A program made the translations under genes and the position numbers. Below the pieces are notes generated by a model. The model saw only the letters and a list, made by a program, of their open reading frames with translations. It was not told the origin of the DNA and searched no databases. From the NCBI GenBank assembly GCA_000091205.1, contig AP006496.2: a stretch of DNA of 64,000 bases. One strand, written 5' to 3'. Origin of the DNA: Cyanidioschyzon merolae. Lineage: Eukaryota. Shown here piece by piece: positions 31,296 to 41,699 of the stretch (position 1 is the first letter of the stretch; each line of letters begins with the position of its first letter).

Positions 31296-33164
31296 ATGGC
31301 TTGTGTTCAAGGCACGTTTGGTTACCGTTCCGGAACGAATGAGGGATCCGCGGCGAGCGAGCAGATCTGCTGTTTTGCCGGAGAGGCGGCTGTTGTGCTC
31401 AGCGCGCTGCAGCAGGCGCTGCGCGATCGGCTGCTGAGACAGGCTGAAACGATAACGGACTCGGGGCCGCAGGCTGCAGGCGTCGGTGCTAGTGCGGTGC
31501 CGGAAGGGCTCGGGCACGACGTTGCTGGTCGAGTAGCTGCGCAGCTTGACCTTGGTGATCTCGATCCTGAGCAGCGGCGTTTGTTTTTGGAACGTTTGGT
31601 GGAGCACCAGCGGCGGTTTGTGCAGTATGCGCAAAGAGAGTTAAGCGAGAAAGTTGCGAAGATTCAGTCAGTCTATCCTTACCTATGCCACGAGGAGTGT
31701 GTTGCTGCGATGAACCTGATATCTGAAGAGCGCAGGGAGCTTGACGACAACATTGCCGTGCTCGGCGTGGAGGATGAGGCCGTGACTCGTCTTGCGGATC
31801 GCGGTTTCGAGTTGGTGGTGCGACAGGAGGTCGCTTTCCGGTATATGAAGGAGGTCTCCGCTGCGGCAGCGAGTGGAGGTGCCCTAGCACCAGGACCACC
31901 TCTCGATGCGAGAGCCGGCGGGAGCGGTATGAGGCGCAAGCCGTCCAACCGGGGAACATCGAGGAAGTCGAACAGCGAGCTCATGCTCGAAGGGGTTCGC
32001 ATCGGGCGCAGGCAAGATGGTCGCTTATGCCTGGACGAGGCTCTGCGAAGGATGCAGCAAACGGGGAGCTTTGATGGCTGGAGTGAGGCTCGGATCAAAG
32101 CTTGGCTCAACAAGGATGCGAATCCGAATGCGTATTATTACCGATTTAACGACCCTGGAGAAGAGCAGCGAAACGGCAAGTGGACCAAGCAGGAACACGA
32201 GCGCTTCATGCAGCGACTGAAAGAATGCCACATCGGAGAGAACTACGAGTGGGGAATCTTCTCGATGGCACTGCCTGGGCGGGTCGGGTACCAGTGCAGC
32301 AACTATTACCGCACTCTCCTCAAGAGGGGCATTGTGAAAGATGATAACTACTACTTCAACGAGAAGGGTGAACCCAAGTTTCGTTTCAAAACCAAGAGCG
32401 GTGTCCAGTTGACGTCAGACGAAAACGGAACTAGCTGTGCCGTTTCCAATGCTGCCAGAGTCGCTACGAAACGCAGCGGCCAGCGCCGCCTGGCGAAGCG
32501 AAAACAATCTCTCTGGGACTCGGACGATTCGGACTCTGCCGCCGATGACGACGAGACTGAATACGTTCCGAACCATGCCGTGTCTGCGCAGTCTGTTCGC
32601 CGCTCGGCGCGGTCGCGAAGGATAGTCAACTACGCCGATGTGGAGGACGGGGCGCCTGCAAATGCTGGCGAAATGGAGATGCATCCGGATGGTACCGCTG
32701 CTGTTGGGTCCGGCACGAACCCTAAGCGATCGCGACGGGATACGGAATCAGGTGCTCCGAACAATGAGTTACGGATGATATCCCAAGTTACCGCATCTGC
32801 CTCAGATTCTGGCGAATCATCTTTGCGCTCGAGTTTGAAAGACAGTTCGACGCCGTCCGAGTATTCAGACAAGGCCGGAGCTCTGTGCGAACTCAATGGG
32901 AACGAATTCCGTTCGAGATCTCATGCACGAGATTCGGACAACCCGCTTCCCGACTTTATCGATGTCATTACAATGGAGCCCGTACGTCGACCAGCGATAT
33001 CCCCATCGGGGCACGTATTAGGCTATTTAACCTGGAGGCGACTTCTTCAGCAACACCCCCGAAACACATGTCCATTCACGAAGAAGCCACTTCGACTTGC
33101 TGACTTGACGCTGCTCACGCATGAAAACATCCACGAGTACACACACCGCATTGTTGGTCGATGA
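31296..33164 (+). CDS. Myb/SANT-like plus C-terminal U-box protein (putative E3 ligase of unusual architecture)
   Basis: Myb-like repeat WTKQEHERFMQRLKECHIGENYEWGIFSMALPGRVGYQCSNYYRTLLKRG. The C-terminal DFIDVITMEPVRRPAISPSGHVLGYLTWRRLLQQHPRNTCPFTKKPLRLADLTLLTHENI matches the U-box consensus. The track ORF starts with TTG at 31287; the ATG is at 31296. Confidence 0.65.
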   Translation: MACVQGTFGYRSGTNEGSAASEQICCFAGEAAVVLSALQQALRDRLLRQAETITDSGPQAAGVGASAVPEGLGHDVAGRVAAQLDLGDLDPEQRRLFLERLVEHQRRFVQYAQRELSEKVAKIQSVYPYLCHEECVAAMNLISEERRELDDNIAVLGVEDEAVTRLADRGFELVVRQEVAFRYMKEVSAAAASGGALAPGPPLDARAGGSGMRRKPSNRGTSRKSNSELMLEGVRIGRRQDGRLCLDEALRRMQQTGSFDGWSEARIKAWLNKDANPNAYYYRFNDPGEEQRNGKWTKQEHERFMQRLKECHIGENYEWGIFSMALPGRVGYQCSNYYRTLLKRGIVKDDNYYFNEKGEPKFRFKTKSGVQLTSDENGTSCAVSNAARVATKRSGQRRLAKRKQSLWDSDDSDSAADDDETEYVPNHAVSAQSVRRSARSRRIVNYADVEDGAPANAGEMEMHPDGTAAVGSGTNPKRSRRDTESGAPNNELRMISQVTASASDSGESSLRSSLKDSSTPSEYSDKAGALCELNGNEFRSRSHARDSDNPLPDFIDVITMEPVRRPAISPSGHVLGYLTWRRLLQQHPRNTCPFTKKPLRLADLTLLTHENIHEYTHRIVGR

Positions 33165-33169
33165 AACAT

Positions 33170-34873
33170 CTAGCACCTGAGATCTTGGATCTCTCGCTCA
33201 AGACCTGCAATCGTTCTCTCTAGGATGCGTTTCTCACTTCGACGCAAACGCACAGAGAGTCGCTGCTTGCGCGAGAGAAGCTGCGCCATGGACTTGTCTT
33301 TGAGCGCAGCATCGTCTTCATCGGCGGAAGTCGGATACGCTTGAAGCGCAATCTTACACGCTTGGAGCAGAGCGCTCTTCGCTGCGATTTCATTTTCTCG
33401 ATTTACCGGTTGCGCGACATCGATCTGCTCGAGATCCGAATATCCCGCCGCATCTTGTTCGGTAAGCGAGGCGAATCGCAAAAGCTGCATAAGTTCCAGC
33501 GGATATCGGTCAGCGTACAGGGGGAAGCATTCCGGCTTATCCGGATCGCGCCCACAAGCTAAAAGAAACGATCGTTTCCGGTCGAGAAGCCCAGCACCCG
33601 CGGCCTCTGATCCGGAGAGTGACACGCAGACCTCAACTGAGTTGTATGGGTTGCGGTCCGATACGAAGCCGTAGAGCAAAAGAAGCTCAGCATTGGATTT
33701 TTGACCGTAGGAAACATACACTTGTTCGAATTTGTCGTAAAAGCGGTCTGCATATGCAACGACTTCTCGCTGGGCGTCTTCGCGATAATGGGAAGAGTCT
33801 GTGTTCGCGACTGCGCCGGCATCGTCGCTATTCGGGGCCAGGAATCGTTGCCACCATTGACCGCGCTTTTGTTTCGAGGAAGCGCGAAAAGCGTACGGGA
33901 ACGCTGCGGTGCGGGCATCAATAAACGAAACGCAGAACGCCGAATGATTCGCAAGGTCCGCGTATGGAACCAGCGCGAGCATACCATTCTCCGCCGGAAG
34001 TGAAACCGCCCTTGAGAACAAGACTCCGAAAGCCCAGAGGAAACGCTCCAGGCGAAAGGCACCCTCTAAATCAAAGATATGCGGATGTCGTCGATACAAA
34101 CGTTCGCACGCTTCTGCATATTCCCGCTCGACTTTGGATCGGAGTGCGCGAGCGGACAATAGCGTTGGGCTTCCCTGCAACCACTGCATCTCGTCCTCTG
34201 CCCAGAGCCAAAGGGCATCCAGTGGATCCATCGACAGGGACTCGGCAGGCTCTGCCCCTTTGAATTCCCACGGCACGGGTGGCAGGATGTCGAGGTAAGG
34301 TCCCCAGAAGGAGCCTGGCCCTCGTCCACTCTTTTTCCATGACTCGTCAAGCCCTCTTTCATAGAGAAGAAGTGTAGCAAGCGCAAAAAACTCCTCCTCG
34401 TCTGCAAGCTCGGGAACATTGAGGGCGGCGAACCGCCGCACTGCGACATCCTTTGTGAAGCACAGATGAAACGGAACTTGAAAGAGAACTTCGCCGGCCT
34501 GGATGTCGCGACGAGCAAGGAAACCGCGTCCAGCCGGCTCGCTTTCGATTAGCGTCTGCTCTGCGACAACGAGCGGATGCGATGCTCGCCCCCAGGTCGC
34601 CTTATCTGACACAAAAACCTCGTTCGCAGCGAGCCATTTAACAAAGGCCTCCAGGCGCGAACTCGTCTTGCTCGCTCCGGGCATCTCTGCAACAGCTCGA
34701 AGCTCTCTGCGCCATCGCTTGCTTCGAGCAGCCCTAAAGAACTCCGTGGGTCTCGAGTGCCTCCCCGCAGAGAAGCGCGCCCTGTCGTTGCTCCGCCAAA
34801 GCGAAGAGCGTTGCTGTATGCCAACTATGCTGCTCCCGTGGCAGCCACCCGCTGGTGCAAATGCGCACACCAT
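33170..34873 (-). CDS. SET-domain protein-lysine methyltransferase, Rubisco-LSMT/SETD3-like, likely plastid-targeted
   Basis: SET core with ALVPYADLANHS (NHS motif) and a Rubisco-LSMT-like substrate-binding C-terminus. The track ORF starts with TTG at 34891; the first ATG is at 34873, with an alternative at 34684. The N-terminus is transit-peptide-like. Confidence 0.75.
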   Translation of the reverse strand: MVCAFAPAGGCHGSSIVGIQQRSSLWRSNDRARFSAGRHSRPTEFFRAARSKRWRRELRAVAEMPGASKTSSRLEAFVKWLAANEVFVSDKATWGRASHPLVVAEQTLIESEPAGRGFLARRDIQAGEVLFQVPFHLCFTKDVAVRRFAALNVPELADEEEFFALATLLLYERGLDESWKKSGRGPGSFWGPYLDILPPVPWEFKGAEPAESLSMDPLDALWLWAEDEMQWLQGSPTLLSARALRSKVEREYAEACERLYRRHPHIFDLEGAFRLERFLWAFGVLFSRAVSLPAENGMLALVPYADLANHSAFCVSFIDARTAAFPYAFRASSKQKRGQWWQRFLAPNSDDAGAVANTDSSHYREDAQREVVAYADRFYDKFEQVYVSYGQKSNAELLLLYGFVSDRNPYNSVEVCVSLSGSEAAGAGLLDRKRSFLLACGRDPDKPECFPLYADRYPLELMQLLRFASLTEQDAAGYSDLEQIDVAQPVNRENEIAAKSALLQACKIALQAYPTSADEDDAALKDKSMAQLLSRKQRLSVRLRRSEKRILERTIAGLEREIQDLRC

Positions 34874-35226
34874 ACCACTAACAGACAGCAAAACGCTGTG
34901 AAACGAGTCCTAATCGTTTACAATAACAGGGAGCTGCCGCAGTTGCGAACGCTTCCACTCGTGCAACAACCTCCAGCGTCGAAAAAAGTACTGTGTGCAC
35001 CTCCAGGCGATGAATCGCGTCACGACTGAACCGCAGCGCGGCTGCTGGAAAAAACAGCCGCGCACTATTTTACCGATACAGCGTGGTCGCTCGTGCATCT
35101 GCGCATAACTGGGATGCATGTACCACCGACATGGAGGACGTCAATCGAGTCTAAACGTCGTGCTCTGAGAGGCTGCATGTTATGGCTTGCACGGGCATCC
35201 AGCGGCGATCCGGTGCATAACGAGCG

Positions 35227-36066
35227 TCAGTCGCGTTCTGATAGGCGATGAAGCACTCCATCCACTTCCTGCTCGGTCAGGACCCGGAAGCGCTTCTTCT
35301 CTTTGGTCACGATGGCAATTTCCAGGTCGGAGGGCTTGAGCTCGGCGCTCGTGACGGACTGAAGTGCGCCGATCGCAAGCTCCAGCGTCTCGTCGTCCGA
35401 GAGCGGTATGTCGCAGAGTGGTGCACCGTATCCTGCCTGCACCGCAGCTCCTGATACGGCAAGCCGATCGCGCTGCTCTTCACTGAGCTCTTCTTGTTTC
35501 TCTCGCAACCGTTTCTCCAGCCAATTCTGGGCCTCAACATCTTTCGCCCCGGCGGCACATGCGCGGTATCCGATGCAGTAGCCGGCTGGATCAACCTTAT
35601 AGAGACGTGGTCCACTGTAGCCGCCCTCGTGATCATCCCAGCCCAGGAAGAGCAGCGTCACCCCAAGCGGGCGCATATACGCGTGCTGTGTGTACACCTG
35701 GTTGATGTCCGCAAGCCGCGTCGCCAGATACGACACGGGCGCCTCGTAGCCGTTCTCGTAGCGAAACTCCGAGGCCTCCGCACGAAGTCGTTGAACCTGC
35801 GCTCTTCCGTCTGTAGCCAGGCCAGCAAACACCACACCGTGCTGCTCCGATATTCGCGCAGCGCTCGACACCGAGTCCGGCTCCACAAGACGATCCGGCA
35901 GCTTCCGCTGAACTGCCACACACACACACTGCGTGCCCCGAACTGCAACCGCCGTTGTGCCCGGTAGCTTCACCGCCTTGAAGGCGTATTCTACTTGGAA
36001 CAGCCGTCCTTCAGGTGAAAACACGGTTATATGCCGGTCATAGCCGGCACTAGTCCCGCGACTCAT
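35227..36066 (-). CDS. 20S proteasome subunit alpha type-6 (alpha1)
   Basis: MSRGTSAGYDRHITVFSPEGRLFQVEYAFKAVK is almost identical to the PSMA6 N-terminus. The track ORF extends upstream to 36234, but the conserved start is the Met at 36064-36066. Confidence 0.9.
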   Translation of the reverse strand: MSRGTSAGYDRHITVFSPEGRLFQVEYAFKAVKLPGTTAVAVRGTQCVCVAVQRKLPDRLVEPDSVSSAARISEQHGVVFAGLATDGRAQVQRLRAEASEFRYENGYEAPVSYLATRLADINQVYTQHAYMRPLGVTLLFLGWDDHEGGYSGPRLYKVDPAGYCIGYRACAAGAKDVEAQNWLEKRLREKQEELSEEQRDRLAVSGAAVQAGYGAPLCDIPLSDDETLELAIGALQSVTSAELKPSDLEIAIVTKEKKRFRVLTEQEVDGVLHRLSERD

Positions 36067-37089
36067 CACGCGTTTTACGTCTTCCACTATGAAGCGGGCC
36101 TCGTGCAACTGTAGCTGAAGTTCGCAGCGGCGTAGTGCACGAGACATCCGCGCTGAATCTTCGCCATGACGATTTCTGATGACAAAACGTTCACATTGAC
36201 CATGGATCGCAGGGTGCGAGATGGATATTGGCATTCTGGAAAACGTTCATCATGCTGGATCCTACCTCCGATATCCATTACTTAAACTTCTTCTCGAATT
36301 TACTGGTCGCTTCACACGATCCATCGAGCGCCGAGTGCCTGTTTTGAGCTCCAGCTAAAGCGCCCAAACCGCCAATGCTGAAGCAGCACGGAGACAGAAC
36401 AGCTTTGCCATGCTACAGAGGGCATCGGCTCGAGAAGTGTTTCATCCGACACGGGGTCGAGATTCATTATCATTCTGGGAGCCTGCAAGCTGTGCTGATA
36501 GATCTACTGCCTGCGGCAGCGGGAAGCGATTTACAAGGAGTCCAGTGCGACCGATGCGACGCCCAAACGCACCCTACCTGCCCCTTATCCAAGAATAAAA
36601 TACGTTGCGGACGAGCAGCTCAAGACGCTCCACTGCACCTGCCACCGAGGGTAGCATGAAGCACCAGTCCGGCAGACTCAGCCGGCTCGCGGGACTTTCC
36701 GACTAGAATGTAAAAGTTCGACAATATGGAAACCTATTCCCCGTTCAACGTTTATCCTAGAGGGGAACGAAATTGTTATCTTGGCGCTAGTTAGTGGTCA
36801 GTTTCTGTTCTTTGTTCTATAGAGCGCAGTCGATATGCGTACATACAAATCTGGCATGCATGAGACACGAGGCGCATCTCGCCGTTGAAAGGAAACACGA
36901 TCCTTACCACTAGTTGACTTGTTGCTCTATTGGGCATGTTGCATTTGCGTTGAAGTCGTAGCAAAGAAAGTTTTCAGTTCAATCGTATTTCAAACCGCAA
37001 GCAAGCATATTCTAGTGTTTTTCGGTGTTTATAACAGAAGTGTTCGAAGCGGGTTCGTTTTCAAAAAAAAAGAAAAGTTATCGAAATGG

Positions 37090-39320
37090 AAAGGGAGGAC
37101 CCTGGAGGGCCAGTATCGCTGGTTGGCGGAAGAAACCAAAAGCATGACGGAGCAAAGAGGTACAAGAGAAGACGAGGAAGCATAAGGGGGAGACCCGACG
37201 TTAATGGCTGCACGAAAGACGACACCACGACAAGAAGTTGGTGAAAGCCTGTCTTCTGAGACATATCAAGAGCCCGTACTACCAAAAGTTGCAAAAGGCT
37301 GTCAGAAAGCCTGTCAAGTCGTACTCCACGAGTGTGGGTGACGTTTCTTTAAGACTGATGCGTATGGCGAGAGATCTGTATCGCGAATTGCTGCACATGG
37401 AAAGATTCGGGTTCCGTAAGAGTTTTTCAACAGGATCTTCACCAGCTACCTGATGGCTGGAACAGGGAAAACGTCTTGGAGAGACGAGCGAGTGCACGTC
37501 CTCCAGGAAAACTTCGCGGAGTACCGCTTCAACGGTACGTCATACAAGGATGACTCGCATATTTACGAATACGGGGTGATGAAGTACCTCACGAACCTGA
37601 AGAACCACATGATCGTGCGCCTCGAACGCTTCATGGTACGCTCTTTCTTTGCACTCTACCCGGGACTGTCTCGCAAAGGGATATGGGCCATCATCCACGG
37701 TATCACGAAAGATCGTCATCATGAACAGTAGATAGAATTCATCGACAAGAAGAAATCACACAGGAGAAAGAATCAGGGTTATGTAATATGTGTGGCTATT
37801 CAAGAGCACCGTTCGGTCCTGGAGCTTGTCAACCCACAGTGGGAGTATCAGATATGAAAAAAGATGAAGAAAGATGTCATCTCCTCATCCTGCGCTATGT
37901 CGTGTTTTTGAATCGAGAACTCGAACGCAAGGCAGAGATGGATCAGGATATGGAAGAAAATGAAGCGTCGGTGGAACGGAATGCTATGCCTTTGAAGAAG
38001 ATCTTCTATGTCGTTCCGCTATGCAACACCAAGTCACATTTTGTGACGATCGACTCCAGAATCTTTTACGGCGTCATGAAGGAGATCCGCTCGGAGTTCG
38101 ATGTAAGCAGGTAGGAGTTCACTGGCAAAAACTGGGAGACGTACTGGAAGAATACCTTCCATTTCAAACGTCTCAAAACGAGCAAGCAAGGGCTATTCAC
38201 GGAGATCACCGAAACCGATGGAGTATCCATTTGCGCACACTATAGTCGCTTGAAGGCGGATCGTCCTATTGTGTTTTCGGCTTCGCCCTCGCTGAAGCAT
38301 GAAGATGAGAGGGAAGCAGGCCATAAGACGAAGGAGATGCAAGAGAACGACTCCCTGGTCAGCGCAGATCCTGGGAACACGAATATCATAACCATCGCGG
38401 CACGCAAGTGTCGGGAAGATGGTATCGACGGCAACTTACGTCACAAAGACATGCGTCTTTTGAAGTTCTCAAGAGCGAGATACTACCGAGAATCGGGAAT
38501 AATGAATTGGAGGAGGAAAAGTGAGAAATGGAATGCAGGAGTGAGGGAGCAACTGGAAGCGATCAGCCAGGTGACTAGCCATGGGGCGGACTTCAAAGCT
38601 TACCTAGAGTTCATAGAAACTCAAGCTGCTCATTACGAGGAGCTGCGGAAAGAGTACACAAAGCCCCCGCGGGCTCGTCTGCTTATGAACTTGTACTGTG
38701 GGTAGCAGCGTGCATTTGCCAAACTTTTCAATCAGATGAGCACCCTCAAGGAGGTCAAGAGTCAAAGACTCGTAGTAGCTTATGGAGCACGGCGCTGGAG
38801 GCCCAACAGAAGAGCATACCAGCTCTATCAACGAGAGCGTACAAGGAGTGCGCCATTCGTTTCGTCACGGTACCGATAGATGAGTTTCGAACGACCTATG
38901 TGCACCACGAGCTGGGGTGCCTGCTCCAGAGGATCGAGATGCAGTGAAGGCAGCGGAGCCCTGAGGATATAGAAAAGTACGGAGAGCTCACAGAGAAGGA
39001 TGTGGAGTAGAGAGCACGAGTTCGAGGACGACTTGCCCCAGAGAGTACAACCAGCGGCGGCAATAAACGCATGGATTTTGTGAAGCTTGAATTGAACACC
39101 TCCCTCAATGGCAGACGATGTGTGGTATTGAAGACGAGACCCGCCGAGCTGACGCGATCCAACTTTGTGGGCAGCCTGTCAGGTTCGAACCGTACAAGGG
39201 AAAGCCAATGCCGATGGCAAGGCGCCGGCCAAAATAGGCGGGAGGCGTCTGCAGGTGGTTGTGTATATATAGACTCTCTCGTCGGTATGTATTCGCCATG
39301 ACGATGAGAATCAACAGCAC
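37090..39320 (+). pseudogene. Fanzor/TnpB-like (RuvC-type RNA-guided nuclease) element, family 1, copy 1. Frameshifted, and the RuvC-III Asp is lost.
   Basis: Coding pieces lie in frames 2/1/0/2/0/2 (track ORFs 37238.., 37453.., 37788.., 38021.., 38250.., 39071..). RuvC-I SADPGNTNIITIAARKCREDGIDGNLRHKDMRLLKFSRARYY at about 38360. RuvC-II-like RFVTVPIDEFRTTYV at about 38850. The position homologous to RuvC-III reads LELNTSLNG, where copy 2 has NRDFNAATNI. It is paralogous along its whole length to 59440-61620. Confidence 0.7.
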
Positions 39321-40167
39321 TTCTCCCTGCGATTCGCTTGGCTACAGGAGCGGTAGTTTGAGGAACTTTGGAGATGAAGATAGTTGGAAATAAAGGGAGC
39401 AATGGCATCCGAGGTGGCGCCAAATTTATCATGGCTACTGAATGAAGGATTTGTGCAGTCTGCGGATGCTGGTGGATGCGGCTGCTCGTGGTAGCACAGT
39501 TGAAACGAAGTTCAGCTGTACAGCGACGGCGCATCGGCCTCGAGTCCCGTCATTCGTGCAAGGCTTCAAGCTTTCAGAGCTCGAATTCGAAAATGATTAC
39601 TAGGTCCCAGTGATCCCTGTTTTTATGTGACGGGCCTATCGGTGAAGACGACAACGCATAGCGGCTTCAGCTGACTGTCCGCCTGCGCTGCCAACAACCT
39701 GTTGCAGGCGCCTGTTACGTGCGAGCAACGTTCTCGTTGAGATTGCGGGCGATCTTTCACCAGCGGTAAGCAGGGCGTTGCGTCTCCTGTGTTGCAAGCT
39801 CGCCATGTCCAGCGGGTTCTGAGACAGAGCACTGGCTGCATAGCGCTGCAGTTGAGAGACGGAACCTGTCTCAAGTTGATCGCGTGCGCCTTAGCGCTGT
39901 ACCGCAGGCAATGCAGTTGGAGTATTTGTCGCCCGGTAGCTGGCGACAGCCGCAGCATTTGTCCCGAGCTCGTTGCACCGGCGAGATGCGCACCCCAAAA
40001 CTCGTGCGCTAGATTAGGATTTCGCACTTGTTTCGATCACTCCACTCTGGAAACAAGGAGTGCGAAAGCAGGTAACACAAGAAGGTCTTTGTAATGTGTC
40101 ATGATCGATGCGTGGAATGTACACAGGCATGCGAGCTCGGGCATGCCTGGTGATTCTAACCGGTTTC

Positions 40168-41142
40168 TTAGTCTGAATCCGAAGCAGAGCTTTCGCTATC
40201 GTCGTCCCCTTCATCGTCCGCGGGCACCTCTCGGTTACGCAGCTCCAACTCTTCCATGAGATTCGACAGCAGGCGATCATCGCGCTCGCTCACGACGCGG
40301 GGAGCAACTTTCACTACGCATTTGCCCCGACGGGCTTCAATCTCATTGCGGATGACTTCGATGACCTTCGCAAGCGCTTCCAGGCCTTCTTGCCGCTGTA
40401 GCGCACTCGTTGTGAGTATGTACGTTGGCGGCGCTAACAGACGAATTTTCACGGAATTCGACGTCTGCGTGATGCACTCAGTGCCAAGGCGCAATGCCTC
40501 TTTGATAGCGTCGATACCCTCAAAGTCGAAACAAGTGACATCAATATCGGCTCTAATTTTCGTCGCCTGCGGAGTAAGCTTTCGACGAATGCTCTTCAGT
40601 AGCTCCTCCTTCTCCTCGGGACCAATATCCAGAGAGCCCAGCACCGAAGATACGTTCGCCTCGACGGCCACGGGGTTGTCAATGTTCCCGTCGGCCACCA
40701 TGAGGCGAAAGGCGTCGAACGCATGGCCATATTTGCGGTAGAGCGGCCAACCTACGCGCTTGTAAAGATCTTCTAGGTCTACTCCAACAGATTCAGCAGT
40801 GTGCCGCATGATCGAGTGCACAGTGCGCGACTTGGACCATTTTTCCTCCATTTTCTGCACGTCCTCGGGAGAGACGCGCCGCTTGCTTAAGTCGATGTAT
40901 CCCTTCTCCTGATCAACACGTACAACCATACAAACCTCCTGCCTGCCAACACGAAGAAGCCGGTTGATCGAACGTATTCTTCGCCTTGAAACTTCACTCA
41001 GCATAATCATGCCTTGGCAGTCTGCGTACTCGGGGAGTGTCACGTACGCGCCCATTTCTTGGATGTCTCGCACAACTGCTATTACGAGATCGTCGGGGTC
41101 TGGAAAGGGATTCTCGTACATACGACATTGCAGATTCACCAT
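40168..41142 (-). CDS. Translation initiation factor eIF2 alpha subunit
   Basis: S1 domain, plus the regulatory phospho-site context IMLSEVSRRRIRSINRLLRVGRQE (equivalent to human LSELSRRRIRSI, Ser51). The N-terminus MVNLQCRMYENPFPDPDDLV matches eIF2-alpha. ATG verified at 41140-41142. Confidence 0.9.
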   Translation of the reverse strand: MVNLQCRMYENPFPDPDDLVIAVVRDIQEMGAYVTLPEYADCQGMIMLSEVSRRRIRSINRLLRVGRQEVCMVVRVDQEKGYIDLSKRRVSPEDVQKMEEKWSKSRTVHSIMRHTAESVGVDLEDLYKRVGWPLYRKYGHAFDAFRLMVADGNIDNPVAVEANVSSVLGSLDIGPEEKEELLKSIRRKLTPQATKIRADIDVTCFDFEGIDAIKEALRLGTECITQTSNSVKIRLLAPPTYILTTSALQRQEGLEALAKVIEVIRNEIEARRGKCVVKVAPRVVSERDDRLLSNLMEELELRNREVPADDEGDDDSESSASDSD

Positions 41143-41699
41143 CCTGGACGTAGCCTGAGCCTCGAACCCAAGCTCTGTGGCCTTTGTTCCTATGCTCGTC
41201 CGTTTGCAGGCTGTCTCGAATGCGACGACCGCTTATACGCAGCGCAGCGGGAGCTGGACTGTATTGATATGTAGGAATATGTACTTATGCGAATACTTCA
41301 TGACAAGAGTAAAAGAAGTTGGACACAAGCAATGCGCATCGACGGCTTGCGAGCGATGTACTCGACCCTCGTTCACAAAAAATGCAGCACTGAACTGCTC
41401 GCTCTGATCATGTATTTCGAAATTTTCCATAATTTTTTGGATGAGCAGCCTCAAACTTCGCAGCAGATCAATAGGGACGTACTGACTCAAACGCGGATTG
41501 AGGAAACTCACCCGTCTTTTCAATGTGGCCTCTTCGATCACTTGCCACTGAATTTCGTTACGTCACGGGAATTAAGATGATTCGAATTACCCCAAAAAAG
41601 GTCCCTGTAATAAAGGATAGCATTACCCGTTTCATACGCACAAGCCTCCACTCCTCGCCTTTTTACGTATAGATGCTCAAATCACGTGTTGTTTTAATT

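Noticed and set aside
37453-38114. Frame change at the same place in both family-1 copies (after ...LVNP, before ...LILRY), which could suggest a conserved intron or a programmed frameshift
   Set aside because: Nucleotide alignment shows the two copies differ by a 10-nt indel there, so the shifts are different in size. Other frameshifts are at non-homologous positions. Independent decay is the simpler explanation.
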